Part shown: positions 27,838 to 36,944 of the stretch, in pieces
How the letters are laid out: each line of letters begins with the position of its first letter
Numbering within the stretch: the first letter of the stretch is position 1
Assembly: GCA_028697455.1 (NCBI GenBank)
Contig: JAQVEZ010000002.1
Location: 89,921 to 153,920 of the forward strand
Source: Minisyncoccota bacterium
GTDB taxonomy: Bacteria; Patescibacteriota; Minisyncoccia; Phycocordibacterales; UBA1006
DNA: 64,000 nucleotides
Direction: 5' to 3'
Translations under genes and position numbers: made by a program
The notes under the pieces: model-generated
The model's input: the letters and a program-made list of their open reading frames with translations, nothing else
The model's database searches: none
What the model was told of the DNA's origin: nothing

Positions 27838-27913
27838 TGGTCCCCCCGGTAGGGATCGAACCTACGACCGTCAGCTTAAAAGGCTGCTGCTCTACCAGCT
27901 GAGCTACAGGGGG
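27838..27913 (-). tRNA. tRNA-Lys(TTT)
   Basis: CCCCCTG TA GCTC AGCTGGTA GAGC A GCAGC CTTTTAA GCTGA CGGTC GTAGG TTCGATC CCTAC CGGGGGG A CCA; 76-nt cloverleaf. Confidence 0.96.
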
Positions 27914-27962
27914 AGATGTATACTCTATTTATTTAAAGTATTTTGTTACATTGTGCTCATTC

Positions 27963-28037
27963 AGCAGCCTTTTCTTAAAAGGCGTTCGGCGTGCCGTTAA
28001 GGCACCCCTCACCTCCACCAGCTGAGCTACAGGGGGA
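27963..28037 (-). repeat. tRNA-Lys-derived repeat, copy 1 (TTT-type loop)
   Basis: tRNA 5' end and D-arm, 29-nt insert, GCCTTTTAAG, then AAAAGGCTGCT; no T-arm or CCA. Confidence 0.85.
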
Positions 28038-28085
28038 GATGAATGTTATGTATCCCTCAAAAATTTTATTTCAAAATTCTCACGA

Positions 28086-28160
28086 AGCAGCCTTTTCTTA
28101 AGAGGTGTTCGGCGTGCCGTTAAGGCACCCCTCACCTCTACCGACTGAGCTACAGGGGGA
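28086..28160 (-). repeat. tRNA-Lys-derived repeat, copy 2 (CTT-type loop)
   Basis: About 5 mismatches in 75 nt versus copy 1; exactly 123 nt away. Confidence 0.85.
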
Positions 28161-28175
28161 TATCTAACAAGAATC

Positions 28176-28204
28176 ACTATAGAAAAAAAAGACAAGAAAG
28201 TCAA
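28176..28204 (-). promoter_or_regulatory. Sigma70 promoter for the repeat/tRNA-Lys transcript
   Basis: TTGACT-17 nt-TATAGT on the minus strand. Confidence 0.7.
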
Positions 28205-28247
28205 TAAAAATCTTTTGTTTTGTATTCGCTGTGATAGTATTCGCCTT

Positions 28248-28718
28248 ATGAAGACATCTTTGTGGCTCCACAATATTCGAAGTGCCTATAATGTTGGTTC
28301 TCTTTTTCGAACAGCTGATGCTGTTGGAATCCAGCACATCTATCTTTCTGGCTATACACCACTCCCAATTGATCGCTTCGGACGTTATCGTTCTGATATT
28401 GCCAAAACGGCTTTGGGTTCAGAAAAAACACTTTCATGGTCACAACTTAAAAATATTCCAAAAGATATTCTTGAGCTCAAAAGTAGGGGGAATTTTTTTG
28501 TTTGCGTAGAGCAGGATAAAAAATCAATCGATATTTTTGAAGCAAGACTCCCGCAAGGAAAAGATATTATTCTTGCTGTTGGCGAAGAAACACGTGGTTT
28601 TGAGCCAGAGCTTCTTGGGCTTGCAGATATGATTGTCGAAATTCCTATGCGTGGCAAAAAAGAATCTCTTAACGTCACGGTTGCTTTTGGAATTGCTGCT
28701 TATACCTTATTAAAATAA
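28248..28718 (+). CDS. TrmH/SpoU family RNA methyltransferase
   Basis: HNIRSAYNVGSLFRTAD, GEETRG, IPMRGKKESLNV. Confidence 0.9.
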   Translation: MKTSLWLHNIRSAYNVGSLFRTADAVGIQHIYLSGYTPLPIDRFGRYRSDIAKTALGSEKTLSWSQLKNIPKDILELKSRGNFFVCVEQDKKSIDIFEARLPQGKDIILAVGEETRGFEPELLGLADMIVEIPMRGKKESLNVTVAFGIAAYTLLK

Positions 28719-28725
28719 AAACCCA

Positions 28726-29295
28726 TTATTGAATGAATTTGAGTGCGAGACGAATCCTCTCGTTGACTTCGGTTATGGCAGGATCAACTTTTGCCAATGA
28801 CGAGTATGCTTGCGAAGGAGAGTAACCTAAGGCAATAAGAGCATCAACCACATCACTATCGTTGTCTTTGAAGGTGTTGGGTGTTTCGGGATTATAATCC
28901 TTGAGATTGTCTTTGAGTTCAATACACATGCGTTCTGCTGTTTTTTTCCCTATACCAGGAACACTCGTAAGAAAATCAATATTGTTACTCACAATTGCTT
29001 GGTAAAGGGTATCCGTCGACGCAAGGGCAATAATCCCCAGCGCTGATTTTGGACCAACACCAGACACTCCTAAAAGTTTTTTGAAAAAATAAAGCTCGTT
29101 TTTGGTTTCAAATCCGTAGAGATCAAAAATATTTTCTCGTATCACGGGGAAAATCCAAAGAGAAACTTTGTTTTGAATGAGTGCCCAGTTGAGGGTTGGT
29201 TCAGTTACATAGATAGAATACCCAACATCTCGGACATCGAGAATAAGCATTTTATCAACTTCAAAGAGAGCTTTTCCTGTTAAATAACCAATCAT
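28726..29295 (-). CDS. ruvA: Holliday junction DNA-binding protein RuvA
   Basis: MIGYLTG, DVGY, LYGF, VSGVGPKSA, VPGIGKKTAER, ALIALGY. Confidence 0.95.
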   Translation of the reverse strand: MIGYLTGKALFEVDKMLILDVRDVGYSIYVTEPTLNWALIQNKVSLWIFPVIRENIFDLYGFETKNELYFFKKLLGVSGVGPKSALGIIALASTDTLYQAIVSNNIDFLTSVPGIGKKTAERMCIELKDNLKDYNPETPNTFKDNDSDVVDALIALGYSPSQAYSSLAKVDPAITEVNERIRLALKFIQ

Positions 29296-29335
29296 AGTCA
29301 TAGTATAACACGTATTTTTGGGATATAATTTATGT

Positions 29336-30238
29336 ATGCGTTTTGAAAATAATATTAAAATAGAGATTTATGAATCATTTTCGAAAAATACAGAGAGGCA
29401 GGAGCGATATTTGAGCCTTTTGAAAAAAAGAGCAGAGCCCTATACTCCAAAAGAAGAGAACTTTACTGATCTTTATTCAGAAAAAGAGATTAACACTGAT
29501 TTAGAGAGGGTTGTGTTTTTAGAAAAAAAATTTGAAGAAGATTCCACAAAAGAAAGCAAAACACTTAAAAGAATTTCTGATGTTTTTGAGGGTGTTGTCG
29601 TTGAACAAGCAGAGCAAGGGGCATGGTTTGGAGAGAAAGTTCATTTCTACCCAACCTCGCGATATGATGATTTTGTTAATGGTGTTGATGGTGTCGCGGA
29701 ATTTTATGACGAGCAAGAAGACGAGAACGGAGAGATTGTTTCCGTTCCAAGTCATACGGCCTTGAGTTTTGATGTTGTTTTTTCTCGAGAGGCAAAAAGA
29801 ATAGAAGAAAAACTCCAAAGAACAAAAGAGATGATTGAACGAGGAGAACTTACTGAAGTAAAATATTTTGAAGATGAAGAAGGAAATAGAAAATCCTTAA
29901 GAGCCCCTCGTATTGTTTTGGGTTCACGACTTTCGTCTGCAGAAAAATTGATTGACCTCTGGGGGAGCAAAACTCCTGATAAAAATAAAAAACTTGCCCG
30001 ACACCCAATGCAGATTAAGCTCCTTTTGGAATCATATTTGCAGTTATATCATTTCTCTGAATACGCTCGAGAGCTCGGTAAGCCAGAAATAGCCCATGCT
30101 TACGGATCTCTTTGTAATCGGGTTTCTGAAATTTTAAATAATGAGAAAAAAGATCTTCTTAATGAGCACTATAATGAAATCTCAGATGATATTGTATTTG
30201 AAACGGTTCGTGATTTTTGTTCAAAAGCCTCTCTTTAG
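29336..30238 (+). CDS. Hypothetical acidic protein (possible PD-(D/E)XK-like fold)
   Basis: Long ORF with its own -10; E...TSRYDDFVNGVD...SFDV pattern; function not established. Confidence 0.6.
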   Translation: MRFENNIKIEIYESFSKNTERQERYLSLLKKRAEPYTPKEENFTDLYSEKEINTDLERVVFLEKKFEEDSTKESKTLKRISDVFEGVVVEQAEQGAWFGEKVHFYPTSRYDDFVNGVDGVAEFYDEQEDENGEIVSVPSHTALSFDVVFSREAKRIEEKLQRTKEMIERGELTEVKYFEDEEGNRKSLRAPRIVLGSRLSSAEKLIDLWGSKTPDKNKKLARHPMQIKLLLESYLQLYHFSEYARELGKPEIAHAYGSLCNRVSEILNNEKKDLLNEHYNEISDDIVFETVRDFCSKASL

Positions 30239-30283
30239 TTGTAAGGAGGCTTTTTCTTGTTCTGTGTTAGTATGATAATTACC

Positions 30284-31066
30284 ATGGATATTCCCATTAT
30301 TTTTGAAAATGAAGATTTTCTTATTATCAACAAGCCTGCAGGGCTTGTTGTTCATGCTGACGGAAAGACGAAGGAAAAAACACTCGTAGATTGGATACAG
30401 GAACATTATCCAGAACTTTCTACAGTTGGTGAGGATATGCATTTTGAAAATAAAGGAGAGGAAATTACTATCAAGAGACCAGGTATCGTTCATCGCATTG
30501 ACCGAGACACCTCGGGGATTCTGCTTATTGCTAAAACCCAGCAAAGCTTTCTCTATTTTAAAAACCTCTTTAAAGAACAAAAGATTCATAAAAAATACCA
30601 AGCACTTGTCTACGGGCTTATACGAGAAAATGAAGGAACCATTTCTGAACCAATTGGTCGTCATCCAAAAGATTTTAGAAAAAAAATGGCGGGAAGATAT
30701 TCCCGAGGAACTCAACGACCAGCAGAAACTGACTATCAAGTTCTTGCTCGCTATAAAAATGTAGTACTTGAAAAGACAAAAAATTCTTTTGAAAAAAACT
30801 TTACCCTTCTTGAGTGTTCCCCAAAAACAGGGCGAACCCACCAAATACGTGTACACCTCAAATGGATGCACCACCCCATTGTTGGGGACACTCTTTATGA
30901 AGGGCGGGGAAACAAGCATCCCTTCCCAATACAAAGAACAATGCTCCATGCGCATGAAATCTCTTTTATTGATCAAGGGGGAGAGCAACAGCATTTTGTC
31001 GCAGAACTTCCATTTGATTTTGAAGAAACGCTTCGTCTCTTAACACTTTACAAAACTTCTTTATAA
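30284..31066 (+). CDS. RluA family pseudouridine synthase
   Basis: INKPAGLVVH, PGIVHRIDRDTSG, TGRTHQIRVH, PIVGD.LY, LHA. Confidence 0.95.
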   Translation: MDIPIIFENEDFLIINKPAGLVVHADGKTKEKTLVDWIQEHYPELSTVGEDMHFENKGEEITIKRPGIVHRIDRDTSGILLIAKTQQSFLYFKNLFKEQKIHKKYQALVYGLIRENEGTISEPIGRHPKDFRKKMAGRYSRGTQRPAETDYQVLARYKNVVLEKTKNSFEKNFTLLECSPKTGRTHQIRVHLKWMHHPIVGDTLYEGRGNKHPFPIQRTMLHAHEISFIDQGGEQQHFVAELPFDFEETLRLLTLYKTSL

Positions 31067-31073
31067 TAAAGAT

Positions 31074-31799
31074 ATGAATCTTCGTATAAAGAAGTCCGCT
31101 CTTTTTCTTATTGCTCTTGGTTTTATTCTTTTGACAATAAGTATCTATTTTGGAGGTGGAGAATATCTTGTTATTCAAAAAGGAGAAAAAATTGAAGGAA
31201 CGGTTGTTCGCGTAGAGGAAATTATAAAAACAAACGAAGAAAAAAGTTATCGTTTCTATATTTGGTATCCTCTTCCTTCTCCCGATAAAATTTTTGTAAC
31301 CTCTGAATACTCTAAAACTTCTTTTACCCTCGACCAAACCATACCCCTTTCTTTATATAAAGGAGAGTTGTCTCTTCATAATGAAAAACTCCTCTTTCCG
31401 ATTCTTTTGGGTGTGTTCTTTGGGCTTGTGTTTTTTATCTGGGGATTGTGGTCCTTTCTTAAGAATCTCAAACCCTACTCTGATGAAGAGTACTTAAAAC
31501 TTTTTGGAAAAAAAGTCGTTGCTCGTTTTGTGGAGGCAGAAGTCGTCCATAACATTCTCGGAGAACAAGATGGGTATATTCTCCACCTCGAAAGCCTTGA
31601 ATCGGAAAAAGTTTTTTCCTCAAAACCAATTCTTGATACGCGATCAATACACGATCTTGAGAGAACTTTTTTTGATGTGTACTACAACCCTCAAAAACCA
31701 GAGAGATATTATATTGACCTTGAAAAATATTTTGGAAAACCCGTTATTTTTGAAAAAACAAAACGAAAGAAAAACAAACGAGAAAGTCTTGATAATTAA
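31074..31799 (+). CDS. Membrane protein, DUF3592-like
   Basis: Two TM helices each followed by an OB-like segment (G.VV..., V.Y.P.KPERYYID). Confidence 0.55.
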   Translation: MNLRIKKSALFLIALGFILLTISIYFGGGEYLVIQKGEKIEGTVVRVEEIIKTNEEKSYRFYIWYPLPSPDKIFVTSEYSKTSFTLDQTIPLSLYKGELSLHNEKLLFPILLGVFFGLVFFIWGLWSFLKNLKPYSDEEYLKLFGKKVVARFVEAEVVHNILGEQDGYILHLESLESEKVFSSKPILDTRSIHDLERTFFDVYYNPQKPERYYIDLEKYFGKPVIFEKTKRKKNKRESLDN

Positions 31800-31825
31800 C
31801 AATTTTGTGTTAAGGTGGCTATATT

Positions 31826-32419
31826 ATGAGTAAAATAAAAGAACAATTCCTTCCAGAATCAGTTCGAAATCGTAAAGATCTCGACATCCGAGCAGGTGAT
31901 ACTGTTCGTGTTAACGTAAAGATTCAAGAAAAAGGAAAAACTCGAATTCAAACATTTGAAGGGCTCGTTTTGGCTCGCAAACACGGGAGCGAAAACGGTG
32001 GAACATTTACTGTTCGAAAAATTTCAAAAGGTATTGGAGTAGAAAGAATCTTTCCTCTCTATGCACCTTCTATAGACTCGATTGAAATCTTGAGAAGAGC
32101 AAAGGTACGACAATCAAAACTTTACTTCTTGCGAGATTCAGTTTCTAAGAAGATCCGATACAAACTTCGACGTATTACGAATATCGGAACAGGAACAAAC
32201 GACTTACCTGAGTGGATCAACGAGACACCTGAAGAAATTTCAAACGAAGATCTTCTTGATGAAGAAACGGTTCTCGAAGAAGGATCTGATACACAAGTAG
32301 CCGAAGAAGTTTCGTCTGACGATGTTACGGCAGAACCAGAGGAGACTCCTGAACAAGTTGCTGAAACTGAAGATGTTTCTCCAGAAGAAACTCCTTCCGA
32401 AGAAGCAGCTGCTGAATAA
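31826..32419 (+). CDS. rplS: 50S ribosomal protein L19 with acidic C-terminal extension
   Basis: GDTVRV, R.QTFEG, TFTVRK...[18 protein letters not shown]. Confidence 0.95.
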   Translation: MSKIKEQFLPESVRNRKDLDIRAGDTVRVNVKIQEKGKTRIQTFEGLVLARKHGSENGGTFTVRKISKGIGVERIFPLYAPSIDSIEILRRAKVRQSKLYFLRDSVSKKIRYKLRRITNIGTGTNDLPEWINETPEEISNEDLLDEETVLEEGSDTQVAEEVSSDDVTAEPEETPEQVAETEDVSPEETPSEEAAAE

Positions 32420-32483
32420 GAAAAAACCCTTTGTGGGTTTTTTTATTTCCTTTACAAAGTATTTATTGGTATACTAAAGAAGT

Positions 32484-33497
32484 ATGATATGGATAACTTT
32501 AGGTATTATTATTACTTCAATTGCTGGTATTTTTTTAGCACAACACATCGAAAAACATCGCTCTGATGAGAATCACAGTATTTGCCCAATAGGAAGTAAC
32601 TGTGAACCACTTCTCAACGGAAGATTCTCACATTTTTTTGGAATTTCTGTTGAGAAAATTGGAAAATGGTATTTTGCATTTATTCTTGCTCTTTATACGG
32701 CAAGTCTTGTTGTTCCCCTTCCTTTGTGGATTTTATTTATAGGACTTTCGTCTTCTCTTGTTGCGTTCGCTTTCTCTTTATACCTTTCAATCGTTCAGGT
32801 TTTTGTTGTGAGGCGATGGTGTACGCTTGCGCTCTTTTCAACAGCCCTTAGTTTCCTGGTTCTCGTATTGGCTTTTCTTGGTTATGAAAAAACCTTTATA
32901 GAGTTTACCTATTCTCATCGAGATCTTTTTAGGTGGGTGTATGTTCTTGCTGTGTGGGGAGGAACACTTATCACAACGTTCCATGCAGGAACTTTTATAA
33001 AATTCCTTAAAGATTTTAAAATTTCAAAACGAGAAGAGAAACGACTCACTATGTTTTCTCAGGTAGCGTGGACTGCTCTTGGACTTGCTTTCCTTGCGGG
33101 GATAGGACTTGTTTTGACAGATCAATGGAGAGAAATTGTCGACAGTACTTCCTTTGTTGTTATGGTTTTTGTTATGGGGATGCTTATTGTCTATGAGGTT
33201 GTCGCAAATATGATTGTAGCGCCTTGGCTTATTCATCTTAATTTTGAAGAAGGTCTCTCGGAAGAAGAGCTCACACGACACGCTTTTTATAGAAAAACTG
33301 CCTTTAGTTTTATTGGGGTTGGGGTTGTTTCTTGGTATTCGCTCCTCCTCCTCACTACCTTTGACTGGTTCAGTTATTCAAGCTTACAAATTTTCCTTAT
33401 TTACGTAGGACTTATTATTGCATCAGTTATTTGTGCACTCTATCTTGAGCTTATTATTTCTAGAAAATCACAACTTTTCCAAAAAAAAGAACTCTAA
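32484..33497 (+). CDS. VKOR-family disulfide-bond formation protein fused to an extra multi-TM domain
   Basis: CPIGSNC...S.FFG, WCTLA at the CxxC position; about 9 TM helices. Confidence 0.75.
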   Translation: MIWITLGIIITSIAGIFLAQHIEKHRSDENHSICPIGSNCEPLLNGRFSHFFGISVEKIGKWYFAFILALYTASLVVPLPLWILFIGLSSSLVAFAFSLYLSIVQVFVVRRWCTLALFSTALSFLVLVLAFLGYEKTFIEFTYSHRDLFRWVYVLAVWGGTLITTFHAGTFIKFLKDFKISKREEKRLTMFSQVAWTALGLAFLAGIGLVLTDQWREIVDSTSFVVMVFVMGMLIVYEVVANMIVAPWLIHLNFEEGLSEEELTRHAFYRKTAFSFIGVGVVSWYSLLLLTTFDWFSYSSLQIFLIYVGLIIASVICALYLELIISRKSQLFQKKEL

Positions 33498-33592
33498 CTA
33501 AAGAGTCCAAAGAAGTTACCTACGTTTGATTTTTATCTTGAAAAAGATATACTTTTTGACACGCCAGCCTCTTTGGGGTAGTGGCGTAGTAT

Positions 33593-33665
33593 GGTGGCTA
33601 TGGTGTAACGGTTAACACAGCGGGTTGTGGTTCCGCTGATCTGGGTTCGATTCCCAGTAGCCACC
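33593..33665 (+). tRNA. tRNA-His(GTG)
   Basis: G-1, GTGGCTA acceptor, GCGGG TTGTGGT TCCGC anticodon arm, CTGGG TTCGATT CCCAG T-arm, C73; followed by CTA, so CCA is not fully encoded. Confidence 0.93.
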
Positions 33666-33723
33666 CTAGAAAAAGGCGAGAGCCTTTTTTATTTTATTTT
33701 TTATTTTATAGAAAATTGCTATA

Positions 33724-34485
33724 ATGAGCACCATGAAAAAACGAAGAAAAATAGTATTTATTATTATCCTTATTGTTCTTGCGACTATCGCAGCCCTTGT
33801 GTTCTCTCTTTTGAAGAAAGATGCTTTTCAAGAAGTTCAGGAAAATGTTCCTGAAGAGCTCGTACAAGAAACAAACGGAGGAGAAGAGAACGCTCTTCCT
33901 GGAATTGGAAAAACATTAACGCTCAACGAAGAAAATATCGAAGGGTCATACCCACAGATTGAAGGAAATAATTTTGTTGCAAAAAGTGCACGAGAATATA
34001 TTAATAACTTTATCCGTGAAAATACCAATCTTGCAAATACTGATCTTCCGGGTTTGAGAGTAGACTTTCCAGAATTTGCTGATCGAAAATACGCAGTAAA
34101 CGTAAATGCTCATTATTTTAAATCACCATACGGTGACTCTATTGTTCTTGAGCAGTTCCTCTATACTGCTGGAGCTAATGGAAACTCATTTTTTATGAGC
34201 TTTAACCAAAATCCTCAAGGAGAAAAAATAACACTCAAAGATATCATTCCAGAAGAGAAGCGCGCTTCATTTACTGCTGAAGTAAAAGCAAGACTTTCTC
34301 ATTATGAAAGAGAGGGAGAGAGTATTGAGCTCTTCCCAGAAGAGGTTGAGGCACTTACCTTTGACCGATTCACACGCTTTGCTTTTGATGGAGAGACATT
34401 GATGCTTTATTTTGATAAATATGAGCTTGCTCCAGGGGCTGTTGGACCCATTACCTTAGTAATACAAAACTTTAAAAATATCTAA
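33724..34485 (+). CDS. Membrane-anchored RsiV/PdaC-like (DUF3298) protein
   Basis: N-terminal TM; YPQ, YTAGANG, ITLKDI, F.....LYFDKYELAPGAVG. Confidence 0.75.
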   Translation: MSTMKKRRKIVFIIILIVLATIAALVFSLLKKDAFQEVQENVPEELVQETNGGEENALPGIGKTLTLNEENIEGSYPQIEGNNFVAKSAREYINNFIRENTNLANTDLPGLRVDFPEFADRKYAVNVNAHYFKSPYGDSIVLEQFLYTAGANGNSFFMSFNQNPQGEKITLKDIIPEEKRASFTAEVKARLSHYEREGESIELFPEEVEALTFDRFTRFAFDGETLMLYFDKYELAPGAVGPITLVIQNFKNI

Positions 34486-34526
34486 GCTAAAAAACCATAC
34501 AAACCGTATGGTTTTTTTGATAAGAA

Positions 34527-35270
34527 TTAATGATGAGAAAAAATACTTATTATAATAAACATGAAAACAAGACCAAGAGTAAAAGGGATAATTTTTTTTC
34601 TTAGTTGTTTTTCTTTGTAAAGTTTGAGAGCAGGAAAGAGATCAGTAAAGATAATTCCTAGGAAAAAACTTCCACTCACCCCAAGGAGGAGTCCGCTCAG
34701 AGATCCAGTATCAGCAATCATAATACCAAAGAGAACCCCAACAAGAATAGCAAGGGCAGATATGAAATTCCGCGCAACAGCCTTGAGGTTAGAATATCCT
34801 GATTTTTTTAATACAAAGAACTCTGATACTTCTTGAGGAATTTCATGAAAAATAATTGAAAGAGCAACTCCTATTCCCAATGCAGAGTTAACACTAAAGG
34901 AAGCAACAAGAAAAAGTCCGTCTGCAAGATTGTGGAGAGTATCTCCGATAATGACTTTCCAAGCAAGGTGTTTGTGCCGGTGATCCTTTCCAAGAAGTCG
35001 GTGAGGTTTGAAAAGAAGATGAATAAGTAAAAAAAGAAAAACTCCAGCAAGAACACTGAGAAGGAAGAAAGATGTTTTAAGTGATTCAAAACTTTCGTTG
35101 AGGACGAGAGTGCTCGTAACAAAGAAGATTCCAGCACTGAAGGTCGTTATGGTTATGAGGTTTTTTTCAATATATTCTTGTGCTCTTTTGTTGAGCATGA
35201 GAATAAAAATTCCACTCAAGGAAAGAAGGGCAATAGCAAGCCCATAAATCATAATGGTGAGTTGGGTCAT
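34527..35270 (-). CDS. ZIP family metal transporter
   Basis: GDTLHNLADG, IIFHEIPQE. Confidence 0.9.
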   Translation of the reverse strand: MTQLTIMIYGLAIALLSLSGIFILMLNKRAQEYIEKNLITITTFSAGIFFVTSTLVLNESFESLKTSFFLLSVLAGVFLFLLIHLLFKPHRLLGKDHRHKHLAWKVIIGDTLHNLADGLFLVASFSVNSALGIGVALSIIFHEIPQEVSEFFVLKKSGYSNLKAVARNFISALAILVGVLFGIMIADTGSLSGLLLGVSGSFFLGIIFTDLFPALKLYKEKQLRKKIIPFTLGLVFMFIIISIFSHH

Positions 35271-35365
35271 AGATAGTATCAGTATATTTTTAAATAGAAT
35301 ATTTGCAAAACAAAAACCTCGAGAGAGGTTCTTGTTCGTAAGAGTGTTATTAGGTTTATCTGAGA

Positions 35366-35545
35366 TTATTCAAGGTCTTCGTCGTCGTCTTCCCAAGGCT
35401 CATCGTCTTGATAATCCTCATCATCCTCATCATCATCAAAGTAATTGTCTTCAATTGGATATCCTTCGTCGTCGTAACGAGCGTAACTATCAAGAGTAGA
35501 AAAGGATAATCGCATATTATTAAATAATAATTCGAAGAGTGACAT
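35366..35545 (-). CDS. Small very acidic protein (49-59 aa; not in ORF track)
   Basis: (MSLFELLFNN)MRLSFSTLDSYARYDDEGYPIEDNYFDDDEDDEDYQDDEPWEDDDEDLE*; alternative start 35515. Confidence 0.65.
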   Translation of the reverse strand: MSLFELLFNNMRLSFSTLDSYARYDDEGYPIEDNYFDDDEDDEDYQDDEPWEDDDEDLE

Positions 35546-35674
35546 ATGTGTTCTGTTTAAAGATATATATCTTGTACTTATTTTTTTAAATAATTAACCT
35601 AAACTTAGGTTAATCGGATTATGAACTTTTTTCAATTTTTGGCAATACTTTTTTGATAGTTTATACTGTGGATT

Positions 35675-36904
35675 ATGAAACGAAAGCACATTGTTATTGC
35701 GGGGGTTGGATTTGCTGGTTTGAATGCCTACAAGTCGCTTCCTCGTTGGATCTCAAGATCTGCTGATATCACCCTTATTGATCAAAAAAATCACTTTCTC
35801 TTCACACCGCTTCTTCATGAGGTTGCAAGTGCAAGCCTCGACGATATGAGTGTTGTGGAACCGTTTCGGGATATTATTCGACCTTCTCACACCTTCATCC
35901 AAGGGTTTGTAGACAGAATTGACCCTGAAAAAAATACTCTCTATCTAGATGAAAAAGAAATTCCCTATGATATTCTTGTGAGCTCATTTGGATCGACAAC
36001 GAATACGTTTGGAATTAAGGGGGTTGATGAATATTCTTTCACGCTAAAAACACTTGAAGATGCTGTTGTTTTAAGGAATCATTGTATTGATATTTTTGAA
36101 AAGGCTTCTCAGATTGAGAACAACGAAGAACGAAAAAAACTCCTTTCTTTTGTTATTGTTGGTGGTGGACCTACAGGAGTAGAACTTGCGGGAGAATTTT
36201 CAGAACTTTTTTTTAAGACGCTTGTGAGAAAACACAAAAATATTCATCCACGAGATATTTCTCTCACCTTGGTAAATGCTGGACCTTCTTTGCTTTCTAC
36301 TTTTCCGAAGCGACTTCAAGATTACGCAGAGAATACGTTGCGTCTAAAAAATGTTATTGTACACAATAATTTTTTTGTTACTGAGGTTCAAAAAGAAGCA
36401 CTTCTTGTTCAGGATGGGAATTTTTTGGATGCGCATACTATTGTTTGGACGGCTGGGGTTCGGGCTCAAGAGCTCAATCTTTCAGGAGTCGAGGCGCAGT
36501 ACCAACAGGGGAAAATTGTTGTTGATCCGAACCTCTTGGTTTCGGGATCTCACAATATTTTTGCTGCGGGTGATATGTCTTTTTTGGAGAACGAAGAAGG
36601 GGGACTCCCTATGACAGCACAGGTAGCAAAACAGCAAGGAATTCATATTGCAAAAAATATTGGGAATCTTATTAAGGGGAAAGAGCTACGTTCTTTTTCT
36701 TATAAGGAGTCAGGAGTTCTTGCTTCACTTGGATTTCTTGATGCTGTTGCATCAATAGGAAAGGTTAAATTTATGGGATTCCCCGCTTGGATTTTGTGGA
36801 GAGCGATTTATCTCTTTAACTTTTCTTCTTGGAAAAAAAGATTCAGGGTTCTCATTGATTGGATTTTCAACGCTTTTACGGGGAGAGAAACAACAAGGCT
36901 TTAA
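35675..36904 (+). CDS. ndh: Type II NADH dehydrogenase family FAD oxidoreductase
   Basis: GVGFAG, FLFTPLLHEV, VGGGPTGVELAGE, WTAG, AGD, TAQVAKQQG. Confidence 0.88.
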   Translation: MKRKHIVIAGVGFAGLNAYKSLPRWISRSADITLIDQKNHFLFTPLLHEVASASLDDMSVVEPFRDIIRPSHTFIQGFVDRIDPEKNTLYLDEKEIPYDILVSSFGSTTNTFGIKGVDEYSFTLKTLEDAVVLRNHCIDIFEKASQIENNEERKKLLSFVIVGGGPTGVELAGEFSELFFKTLVRKHKNIHPRDISLTLVNAGPSLLSTFPKRLQDYAENTLRLKNVIVHNNFFVTEVQKEALLVQDGNFLDAHTIVWTAGVRAQELNLSGVEAQYQQGKIVVDPNLLVSGSHNIFAAGDMSFLENEEGGLPMTAQVAKQQGIHIAKNIGNLIKGKELRSFSYKESGVLASLGFLDAVASIGKVKFMGFPAWILWRAIYLFNFSSWKKRFRVLIDWIFNAFTGRETTRL

Positions 36905-36944
36905 GAGCTTTTGTTTTCATTTATTTCTAGACTATACTGATACT

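Noticed and set aside
27838-28160. CRISPR array
   Set aside because: Only two 75-nt repeats, tRNA-derived, spacers weakly similar to each other, no cas genes
27963-28160. Two additional functional tRNA-Lys genes, intron-containing tRNAs or prophage att sites
   Set aside because: No T-arm, acceptor 3' strand or CCA; no 3' exon of their own; no integrase or cargo nearby
27818-28273. ORFs 27818..28000 (+) and 28046..28273 (-)
   Set aside because: Shadows of the tRNA and its repeats
30221-30994. 257-aa antisense ORF (likewise 16179..16802, 51720..52247, 62488..63087)
   Set aside because: Antisense to well-supported genes, with F/L/I/K-biased composition and no motifs
35254-35499. His-rich 81-aa ORF on + next to the ZIP transporter
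   Set aside because: The His run is the reverse complement of GAT/GAG codons of the acidic ORF on the minus strand, and it overlaps the ZIP start
35593-35614. DtxR/IdeR metal-repressor box
   Set aside because: Half-sites are in the opposite order to the TTAGGTTAGGCTAACCTAA consensus and no regulator is in view; left as an unexplained inverted repeat
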